A stretch of DNA of 35,788 bases from a bacterium (GTDB taxonomy: Bacteria > Patescibacteriota > Minisyncoccia > UBA6257 > Colwellbacteraceae). Positions 26,019 through 33,607 of this stretch are shown here, piece after piece. Under the pieces are notes generated by a model. That model had not been told where the DNA came from. It ran no database searches and saw only the letters and a program-made list of their open reading frames with translations. Within the stretch, counting starts at the first letter, position 1. The number at the start of each line of letters is the position of its first letter. Both the position numbers and the translations under genes were made by a program. The DNA lies in the NCBI GenBank assembly GCA_043808035.1, contig JAZDFH010000054.1, positions 1 to 35,788 on the forward strand, given 5' to 3'.

Positions 26019-27462
26019 AAAACCATTTTTCCAAAAAATAAAAGATCTTTTACTCTCTGAACGAGGTGGTAAGAGCACTGGTATGTTCGCCAATTTTGGG
26101 ATTTCCGAGGAACGGGAATATTTTATTGAAAACCTTGCGATGCTTATTTCATCTGGTATGAGTATTCTATCCGCTATCGATGCTATACGAGCCGAGATGA
26201 GATCAACTCGTATGCGTCATGCTCTTACTGACATCAGAGATGATGTTGACGCCGGTTTTACGATTTGGCGGGCTCTTGATAGAACAAAACTGGTAAAGCC
26301 GCATGTCATTTCTCTTATCAGAATTGGAGAAGAAGCGGGACGATTAACTGAAAATTTAAAGGTTGTTGTCGCTCAACAGCGAAAAGACAGTTCCTTCAGG
26401 TCTAAGTTGCGTTCAGCAATGATGTATCCAATCCTCGTTCTTGTCGTAACTCTCGTTGTCGGTATTGGTATTGCATGGTTTATTTTGCCTCGTCTTACCA
26501 ATGTTTTTTCATCAATGCATCTCGAATTGCCTCTTTTTACGAGGATTTTGATTTGGGTTGGTACTGTGTTACAGTCATACGGAATCATTATCATACCTGT
26601 TTTTTTAGTTGTGCTTTTTGTGCTTGGTTATTACATCTTTATATATCCAAAAACAAAGTTTATTGGTGAGATCATTTTAGCCCACATACCGGGGGTAAAG
26701 ACACTTATTATGCAAGTCGAAGTGTCACGGTTTTGTTATGTGTTGGGAACATTGCTTAATTCAGGTATGCCTGTCGTGGAATCATTAAATTCTCTTAAAG
26801 ACGCTACGACATCGATTATGTACGGTAAGTTTTATTCATATTTACGAGAAAGCATTGAAGAAGGAAGGACATTTCAGCAAAGCTTTGGAACATATCCGAA
26901 GTCAATCAAAATTGTACCTCGGCCTGTTCAGCAGATGATTATTGCAGCTGAAAATTCAGGAACGCTTGCCGATACGCTAATTCGAGTTTCGGAAATTTTT
27001 GAAGAAAAAACGGAAACTACAACAAAAAACCTTTCGGTTATTATGGAACCGATGTTGCTTTTCATTGTATGGGGTGGTGTTGTTGGTGTCGCTTTGGCTG
27101 TCATTATGCCGATTTACAGTTTGATCGGTGGATTAAATAAGGCAAAAACCGCACCCGCAAAACCACCTGTCAGTCAGCCTGTTCCTACTGCGAGTGGTAC
27201 TCCAGGAGGACATTCTTTGCCTGTGACAGAAGCGCCTGCCACTGCTCCCGCACAGCCCGTTCTATTGGTTGAGATTCTTGAAACACCGGAAGGTTCATTG
27301 AACGTGAGAAGTGCTCCTGGTGTTGATGGAAATGTTGTTGCTCGTGTTTATGCGGGAGAAGTGTATGAATATCAGGAAGAGCAAAACGGATGGTACAAAA
27401 TTATTTTACTTGATGGTAGCACGGGTTGGGTTTTCGGTAACTATGCGAGTCCAACACAGTAA
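26005..27462 (+). CDS. pilC: Type IV pilus platform protein PilC (GspF family) fused to a C-terminal SH3b-like domain
   Basis: Two GspF repeats (LISSGMSILSAID..., LLNSGMPVVESLN...) with three hydrophobic segments. ATG 26005 overlaps the pilB stop. The C-terminus has a Pro/Ala-rich linker followed by LNVRSAPG...GWYKI...GSTGWV. Confidence 0.9.
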   Translation: MTKNKKPFFQKIKDLLLSERGGKSTGMFANFGISEEREYFIENLAMLISSGMSILSAIDAIRAEMRSTRMRHALTDIRDDVDAGFTIWRALDRTKLVKPHVISLIRIGEEAGRLTENLKVVVAQQRKDSSFRSKLRSAMMYPILVLVVTLVVGIGIAWFILPRLTNVFSSMHLELPLFTRILIWVGTVLQSYGIIIIPVFLVVLFVLGYYIFIYPKTKFIGEIILAHIPGVKTLIMQVEVSRFCYVLGTLLNSGMPVVESLNSLKDATTSIMYGKFYSYLRESIEEGRTFQQSFGTYPKSIKIVPRPVQQMIIAAENSGTLADTLIRVSEIFEEKTETTTKNLSVIMEPMLLFIVWGGVVGVALAVIMPIYSLIGGLNKAKTAPAKPPVSQPVPTASGTPGGHSLPVTEAPATAPAQPVLLVEILETPEGSLNVRSAPGVDGNVVARVYAGEVYEYQEEQNGWYKIILLDGSTGWVFGNYASPTQ

Positions 27463-27488
27463 TAACGTAAGTTTATTATATCATTACA

Positions 27489-27941
27489 ATGTATTTTTCT
27501 TCTAAAAAAGGTTTTTCTCTTCTTGAAATGCTGCTTTCTATAGCAATCATTTCTTTGATAGGAGGGTTAAGTTTACCTATTTATTATTCTTTCCAAGCGA
27601 GGAATGACCTTGATCTTGCAACTGACGTTATTACTCAGGTGGTTCGGCGAGCAGAAATACTTTCTCGAACTATGACATATGACGATGGATGGGGGGTTTA
27701 TATAACTTCCGGCACTGCTACCTTGTTTAAAGGTAGTGACTATACAAGTAGAGATACATCATATGATGAGATATCCAGTATTGCACCAAGCGTTCAGATA
27801 AGCGGAGGTGCGGTTGAGATCACTTTCATAAAGATGACAGGGAATCCTATCTCGGCGCCAATCACTATCACTTTAAACTCTACAAGCGCAAACAATATCA
27901 GTATAATTACTATTAATGAGAAAGGGACTATCAGTTTTTAG
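27489..27941 (+). CDS. Minor pilin, GspH/FimU/FimT-like
   Basis: Class III signal MYFSSKKG|FSLLEMLLSIAIISLIGG (Gly-1, Glu+5). This is followed by a GspH-like pattern (ARNDLDLATDVITQVVRRAEILSR). Length is 150 aa. Confidence 0.8.
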   Translation: MYFSSKKGFSLLEMLLSIAIISLIGGLSLPIYYSFQARNDLDLATDVITQVVRRAEILSRTMTYDDGWGVYITSGTATLFKGSDYTSRDTSYDEISSIAPSVQISGGAVEITFIKMTGNPISAPITITLNSTSANNISIITINEKGTISF

Positions 27942-30900
27942 AAAAGATAAAAACATAAGTTCGTTTCGAGAAAAGTTTTTTTTCTATTTTCGTCGAAATG
28001 AAGGAATGAATTTGATTGAGGTTATCCTTGCAGGATCGATTTTTGTTATTGGTGTAACTGCCTTGGTAAGTATGTTGTTATACGGTCAAGAAGGTACTGT
28101 CTCCGGAGGGGAACAGTCTCGTGCGGTTTTTTTAGCTGAAGAAGGACTCGAAGCGATACGTAATATTCGTGATGAAGCATGGAATGAAATAGAAGCCGGT
28201 ACAGGAGCGGTTATGGTAGGCGGAAGTGAATGGGTATATGTACCTGGACCGGGGGAAGTTATAGACAGTTTTTATACACGGACAGTAACTATCGAAGATG
28301 TGTGTCGAGATAGTAGTAATCTTATTGTTGATTGTCCTGGAAGTTATACTGATTTGTATACTAAAAAAGCGACAGTCGATGTTACGTGGAAAAAACGTGG
28401 AGTTGATAGAGATGTAGAACGAGTGACATATCTTACGAATTGGGCATCAAGAGATTGGGTACAGACTGATTGGGGCGGAGGGCCAGGACAAGCGCTATGG
28501 TCTGATGTAACAAAATATGATACGGATCTCGCAATAGCTGAAAGTGAATCTGCGGGGCAGATACAGCTTACTCGCGAGGTGGGTGTTGTATCCGCTTCGT
28601 GGGATTTCGAAGTGGCTGATGATTATACATATACTCCTGCCGACATTGAGGTTGCTGGTGGATATGCGCAACTTAAAGGTGATTTTACGGAGTATACCAA
28701 TACATGGCCGTTCGATGTTGCGGGAAATTATACGTATGATTCGGGATTGATGGCAGTTTCAGGTGGTTCTGCTGTATTGATTAACGTTCCTGCCAGTTCT
28801 ACGACTACGTGGACATTCGATACTCCTGGTGAATATACATACGATCCAGCAAAAATAGGAGTCTCCGGAGGTTTGGCGAGTATGAAAAAAACATATGACG
28901 TTAATACAAAAGGGATATGGCATCTTAATGACGCAGTCGGTGCTACAGAAATTTCTGATGATTCTATTAATGCTAACAATCTTATAATTAATGGCAATCC
29001 GACATTGGGAGCTGGAGGGAAGTATGGTACCGGTGTTTTGTTTGATAGTAATGGTGATTATGGTGAAATAATTGATGCAAATCAGACAGGACTTGATGTG
29101 ACGGGACCACTCACGATTGATGCATGGGTCAAGAAGGCTGCTTATTCTGGTAGCGATTATATCGTTCGCAAGTGGACATCGAGTAATAACAGATCTTATT
29201 ATTTGTTAGTTACGAATACTGGAGCGTTGCAATTTTATGTACGTAATGGTGGTACACAAGGAGCAATCACATCTTCTGCGGGAGTGGTTCCTGTTGGTAC
29301 ATGGGTACATGTCGCTGCGGTATATGACGGATCTTTCCTCCGACTTTTTGTTAACGGGATAGGTGTTGCATCCGCGGTACCATATTCTGCCGATATTCAA
29401 GATGGTACCGCCCCGTTTAATATTAGTTATAGCGGCACGAGCAGTTTTAATGGAACGATTGATGACTTGCGAATTTCGTCGACAGCACGGTGGACGAGTA
29501 ATTTTACGCCTCCCTCTCAAGCGTATGGAGAATATGCAACTGATAAACCGACAACTTTACCGACGTCGTCTGTCACCGCGCCGTATGTTTCTCAATGGAC
29601 TAGTTTTACAGAGACAGCGACAAAGAATGGTGGAGAGATATATTACCAGTTATCAGATGATGATGGTTTGACGTGGAAGTATTGGGCAGGGAGTAGCTGG
29701 AGTGCTGCCGGAGTTAGCGACTATAATACGGCGACGGTGATAAATACCAATATCACGAGTTTTTCTGTCAGTAATAAAAAAATTATTTGGAAAGCATTCT
29801 TTGTAAGTAACGGTACTCAAGAAGTAATCTTGGATACTGTGTCGATTGCATATTCGAATGGTACTTCCGGATATGCAACAAACTCTCCTCCAATCTATCC
29901 AACAGCATCGTTTGAGCAACCAGAACTTACGGAGTGGGTAAGTTTTTCCGAGACAGCGACAAAGAATGGCGGAGAGATATATTACCAGTTATCAGATGAT
30001 GATGGTGCGATATGGCAATATTGGGATGGAGACAGTTGGGCGGTTGCAGGGAACAGTGATTATGATACTGCGACAGATGTTAATGCCAATATTCGTGAAT
30101 TCTCTACAACAAACAAAAGCATTTTATTTAAGGCATTTTTTGAGAGCGATGGAACACAGGAGGTTTCTCTCGATGGCGTTACTGTAGGCTACTATGCAGC
30201 GCCAGATGTTTATACACAAGGATTATGGCATTTGGATGAATCAAGCGGTTCTTTTATTGATGATTCAGGCAATGGTAACCATTTGACAGTAAACGGTAAT
30301 CCTACGTATGCTGTCGCGGGAAATTTTGATACGGCGATTAATTTTGACTCGAGTGGAGATTATGGATCCGTCGATGATTCGTCCCAAACAGGGCTTGATG
30401 TAACAGGGGCATTAACTATCGATGCGTGGGTATATCGACTCGCGAACAACAGTGGTGACTATATCATTCGCAAATGGACTTCTGGCAATGATCGGTCATA
30501 CCGATTATATACGCAAACGAGTGGAAGATTTATTTTCGAAGTACAAAACGGAGGTTCAAATGCGGTTATTACTTCAAATAGCGGAGTTTTGAACCCCAAT
30601 GAATGGCATCATATCGCTGCGGTTTATGACGGATCATATCTGCGTCTTTTTGTTGATGGGACATCTGTTGCAACGCCTATTTCATATTCGGACGGTATTC
30701 AGGATGGTGGGGCTCCTTTATGGTTAAGTAGTAGTGGTTCTGGTAGTTTTACCGGGTATATCGATGAAGCGAGAGTTTCAAATATTGCACGATGGATAAG
30801 TGATTTTACACCATCTGCTATTCCGTATAGCAACGTTGCTTCATATCCTTTAGACGGACCGTCAATTAATCCAAACAATTCTTTTGAAGCGGCAACCGTA

Positions 30901-32529
30901 GAGGAATGGAACGCTTTTATCGAAGAAGCTGAAAAGAATGGTGGAGAGATATATTATCAGTTATCAGATGATGATGGTGCGATATGGCAATATTGGACAG
31001 GCAGCAGTTGGACGGTTGCGGCAGGTCCGGTCGATTATAATACCGCAGAAGAAGTAAATATCAATATTGCCGATTTTTCGACATCCAATAGCAAGATTAT
31101 GTTTAAAGCATTCTTAGTAGGGGATGGGATGCAGCTTGTTCGATTGGATACGGTACGCGTAGCATACACGAGTCAAGGAGGTTCTTATTATGGAAATCAA
31201 TTTTTGACAACAAGTATTAATCCAAGCTCTTCAATCAATAATGACAATCGAAAATTAAGTTACCGATTTACCGCGCAATCGAGTAAAACAGTTGATAGAG
31301 TCAGTATTTATCAAGAAGCTTCCAGTGGTACGAGTACGTTCCGGGTTGGTATACAAGTTGATGATGGAAGTGGTAATCCTTCAGGAACGTTTTTAGGGTC
31401 TGCAACGTATAGTGGTGGAAATGGATGGAATACAATAAATATTTCCCCTGATGTTGATGTAACTTCAGGGGGGACGTATCACATTGTTATTGAGCGTGAT
31501 AGTGGATCTGGTTCTCGACAATATCGCTACTCACTTCCTGACAATAATATAACTTCATATGACAATACTGATGACGTTGCTATGGATGTTTTATGGACGG
31601 CGAATGGAGGTGGAAGTTGGATTGTGCAAGGGTGGCAGCCGATTTATATTTTGCAGTTTACTGATGGTTTTTCGGATGGGAACCCATATTATGATTCTTT
31701 GCAAGATGATACGACATATACCGTCATTTATGGGAATCAGCAATTCGGAGAAAATTTTACAGTGACAGGAGGGGATAAACAAGTTTCTGCTCTTGGATTT
31801 TATGTACGCAAAAGATCATCTGGTATTCCTGAAGATGATTTGTATGCAACGGTATATGATATGTCTCTTGGAGAAGATATTGATTCGGGTGTTGTTGTCC
31901 CTGCCGGTGCGATATTACAGACTTTCAGTTGGCAGAGTCTGCATTTTGCGGCGAATCTAACATTGACGGATGGACACCAATATCGAATTTCATTAAGTTC
32001 CCCGAATACGACGATAACAAATGGATATGATATATATGTAATGCAGACGGCAAACAGTAGTATTTATTATAACACCGGGTATGGAGAAACATTGGCGCGA
32101 TATTGTCGTTCTACGACAGGTGGTAGTAGTTGGACGTACTACAATTATTATGATATGGCATTTCGGTTTATCGATTATAGCGCGGCTTCATCATTATATT
32201 CTGAGTTAGGTTATCTTATCTCTTCGGCTCTCGATATGGGAGATGTGTCGCCCGTGCAAGCGATTGAGTGGGATGAGAGTATCCCTACATGCATACCGCA
32301 ATGTGAGATTAATGTGCAGGTACGAACGGCACCGGATAGTGGTGGCGTTCCAGGATCATGGACTGATTGGTATGGCTCTGCGGGAGCAGGGTCGTTTTTC
32401 GCGACATCGACGGGTTCAATAATCCCGAGCGCAATAAATGGCAATAGATGGGTACAATACAAAGCAACACTTATCGGGGATGGAGCAGATACGCCTATTT
32501 TAGAAGAAATGCGTATAAATTATCGTTAA
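27916..32529 (+). CDS. Giant PilV/GspI-like prepilin with two LamG (Laminin_G_3) domains and repeated modules
   Basis: ...FRRNEG|MNLIEVILAGSIFVIGVTALV has Gly-1, Glu+5 and a hydrophobic helix. Only start 27916 retains the leader, because 28006 is the +1 Met.
Domain layout:
- LamG_3-like segments at ~28915-29493 and ~30223-30795 (TIDAWV...VAAVYDGS.LRLFV.G...F.G.ID..R.S..ARW)
- three ~90-aa modules containing KNGGEIYYQLSDDDG
- three 35-aa repeats near 28600-28900
- two ~170-aa tandem modules at ~31185-32180. Confidence 0.85.
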   Translation: MRKGLSVFRKDKNISSFREKFFFYFRRNEGMNLIEVILAGSIFVIGVTALVSMLLYGQEGTVSGGEQSRAVFLAEEGLEAIRNIRDEAWNEIEAGTGAVMVGGSEWVYVPGPGEVIDSFYTRTVTIEDVCRDSSNLIVDCPGSYTDLYTKKATVDVTWKKRGVDRDVERVTYLTNWASRDWVQTDWGGGPGQALWSDVTKYDTDLAIAESESAGQIQLTREVGVVSASWDFEVADDYTYTPADIEVAGGYAQLKGDFTEYTNTWPFDVAGNYTYDSGLMAVSGGSAVLINVPASSTTTWTFDTPGEYTYDPAKIGVSGGLASMKKTYDVNTKGIWHLNDAVGATEISDDSINANNLIINGNPTLGAGGKYGTGVLFDSNGDYGEIIDANQTGLDVTGPLTIDAWVKKAAYSGSDYIVRKWTSSNNRSYYLLVTNTGALQFYVRNGGTQGAITSSAGVVPVGTWVHVAAVYDGSFLRLFVNGIGVASAVPYSADIQDGTAPFNISYSGTSSFNGTIDDLRISSTARWTSNFTPPSQAYGEYATDKPTTLPTSSVTAPYVSQWTSFTETATKNGGEIYYQLSDDDGLTWKYWAGSSWSAAGVSDYNTATVINTNITSFSVSNKKIIWKAFFVSNGTQEVILDTVSIAYSNGTSGYATNSPPIYPTASFEQPELTEWVSFSETATKNGGEIYYQLSDDDGAIWQYWDGDSWAVAGNSDYDTATDVNANIREFSTTNKSILFKAFFESDGTQEVSLDGVTVGYYAAPDVYTQGLWHLDESSGSFIDDSGNGNHLTVNGNPTYAVAGNFDTAINFDSSGDYGSVDDSSQTGLDVTGALTIDAWVYRLANNSGDYIIRKWTSGNDRSYRLYTQTSGRFIFEVQNGGSNAVITSNSGVLNPNEWHHIAAVYDGSYLRLFVDGTSVATPISYSDGIQDGGAPLWLSSSGSGSFTGYIDEARVSNIARWISDFTPSAIPYSNVASYPLDGPSINPNNSFEAATVEEWNAFIEEAEKNGGEIYYQLSDDDGAIWQYWTGSSWTVAAGPVDYNTAEEVNINIADFSTSNSKIMFKAFLVGDGMQLVRLDTVRVAYTSQGGSYYGNQFLTTSINPSSSINNDNRKLSYRFTAQSSKTVDRVSIYQEASSGTSTFRVGIQVDDGSGNPSGTFLGSATYSGGNGWNTINISPDVDVTSGGTYHIVIERDSGSGSRQYRYSLPDNNITSYDNTDDVAMDVLWTANGGGSWIVQGWQPIYILQFTDGFSDGNPYYDSLQDDTTYTVIYGNQQFGENFTVTGGDKQVSALGFYVRKRSSGIPEDDLYATVYDMSLGEDIDSGVVVPAGAILQTFSWQSLHFAANLTLTDGHQYRISLSSPNTTITNGYDIYVMQTANSSIYYNTGYGETLARYCRSTTGGSSWTYYNYYDMAFRFIDYSAASSLYSELGYLISSALDMGDVSPVQAIEWDESIPTCIPQCEINVQVRTAPDSGGVPGSWTDWYGSAGAGSFFATSTGSIIPSAINGNRWVQYKATLIGDGADTPILEEMRINYR
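29611..29667 (+). repeat. Intragenic near-identical DNA repeat, copy A
   Basis: 57 nt (gagacagcgacaaagaatggtggagagatatattaccagttatcagatgatgatggt). It differs from copy B at a single position. Confidence 0.9.
29950..30024 (+). repeat. Intragenic near-identical DNA repeat, copy B
   Basis: 29950-30006 matches copy A at 56/57 positions. 29962-30024 matches copy C at 61/63. Copy B lies 339 nt (113 codons) after copy A. Confidence 0.9.
30934..30996 (+). repeat. Intragenic near-identical DNA repeat, copy C
   Basis: 63 nt (aagaatggtggagagatatattatcagttatcagatgatgatggtgcgatatggcaatattgg). It has two C/T third-codon-position differences from copy B. Confidence 0.9.
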
Positions 32530-32535
32530 GCGTTT

Positions 32536-33063
32536 ATGCATCATAGAGCATTGAAATTACAAAGAAATAAACAAGGATTTACCTTAATAGAATTGTTATT
32601 ATATATTGGTATTTCCGCAGCGATGCTTACGATTGTCATTTCATTTTTATCTGTTTTGATGCAATCACGTATAAAGAATCAAACAATTGCTGAAGTTGAG
32701 CAACAAGGTGTACAGGTATTGCAATTGATAGACCATACCATTCGTAATGCGGAGGGTGTAATAGCTCCGCTTTCAGGAACGACTGATAGTATATTACAAC
32801 TTGATGTCCTTGATGTTTCAGCTGATCCGACTATTTTCGATGTTTCTGGTGGTTCGATTCGAATTACCGAAGGAGTAGGAAGTCCGATCGTATTAACATC
32901 GCCGCTTGTAACTATTACTAATATGCAGTTTACCAATTTATCTCGTACAGGAACGCCGGGGACAATCAGGATTTCTTTCACTTTGTCTCGCGTAAGTGTT
33001 GATGGAAAAAGTGAATACAATTATTCAAAGGAATTTTATGGGAGTATGAGCATAAGGAGATAG
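32536..33063 (+). CDS. Minor pilin, GspJ/PilW-like
   Basis: Class III signal ...LQRNKQG|FTLIELLLYIGISAAML (Glu+5). Length is 175 aa. The beta-rich body ends ...TIRISFTLSRVS..., as in PulJ-type pseudopilins (pattern-level call). Confidence 0.75.
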   Translation: MHHRALKLQRNKQGFTLIELLLYIGISAAMLTIVISFLSVLMQSRIKNQTIAEVEQQGVQVLQLIDHTIRNAEGVIAPLSGTTDSILQLDVLDVSADPTIFDVSGGSIRITEGVGSPIVLTSPLVTITNMQFTNLSRTGTPGTIRISFTLSRVSVDGKSEYNYSKEFYGSMSIRR

Positions 33064-33133
33064 TACGAAAAACATGATTCGTTTTGAATTTTGGAATCAA
33101 GAAACTTGTTTTTGAATTTTAATGTTTGATACA

Positions 33134-33142
33134 TGATATAAT
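33134..33142 (+). promoter_or_regulatory. Extended -10 promoter candidate internal to the pilin cluster
   Basis: TGaTATAAT ends 7 nt before ATG 33150. It lies in the only sizeable gap (86 nt) of the pilin gene row. Confidence 0.4.
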
Positions 33143-33149
33143 AAAAAAT

Positions 33150-33539
33150 ATGAGCAAAAGAGGAGGATTTATTACTCTCATGAGTGTCATCATTATGGTT
33201 GCCGTTGCTGCTTCTCTTGCAATATCGGTTATTTTGATGGGAGTTGATTCTTTACGGACTGGTCAGTCTATTGAAGCAGCCAATGAGGCAACTGCTATTG
33301 CTGATGCATGTGCTGAAGAATCGCTTGAACAAATTAGAGTGTATAATTTTATAGGAACTCAAAATTTAACGATTGGCAGTGGAACGTGTTCATATACGAT
33401 TACAAATGATGGTGGAGAAAATAGAACAATTGAGATATCAGCAGTGGCGTTGTCTGTTACTCGGCGTGTTCGTATTATTACGGACGTCATCACTCCTGAA
33501 ATTCATATTGCAACCTGGCAAGATGTTACATCATTTTAA
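33150..33539 (+). CDS. Minor pilin, GspK/PilX-like (no Glu+5)
   Basis: MSKRGG|FITLMSVIIMVAVAASLAISVIL has a hydrophobic helix after Gly-Gly, with Met at +5. It is followed by AIADACAEESLEQIR, a PilX_N-like pattern. The track ORF starts at TTG 33126. Confidence 0.7.
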   Translation: MSKRGGFITLMSVIIMVAVAASLAISVILMGVDSLRTGQSIEAANEATAIADACAEESLEQIRVYNFIGTQNLTIGSGTCSYTITNDGGENRTIEISAVALSVTRRVRIITDVITPEIHIATWQDVTSF

Positions 33540-33607
33540 CAAAGACAGGTTTTGTATAAAAATGCGTGCTATTATTAATTGTAAGAAAGTAGATACGAGA
33601 TAAAGGC

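Noticed and set aside
29611-30996. Repeats in the giant pilin gene as a CRISPR array or as DGR template/variable repeat pairs
   Set aside because: The repeats are in frame within one ORF and spaced 339 and ~980 nt apart, which is not a regular repeat-spacer array. The differences between copies are C/T synonymous changes rather than adenine-specific substitutions. No reverse transcriptase is present in the window.
33373-33603. 76-aa ORF overlapping the 3' half of the PilX-like gene and the following spacer
   Set aside because: It is an alternative frame of a supported pilin gene, with no signal or motif, and its Arg/Leu-rich composition is typical of an off-frame translation.
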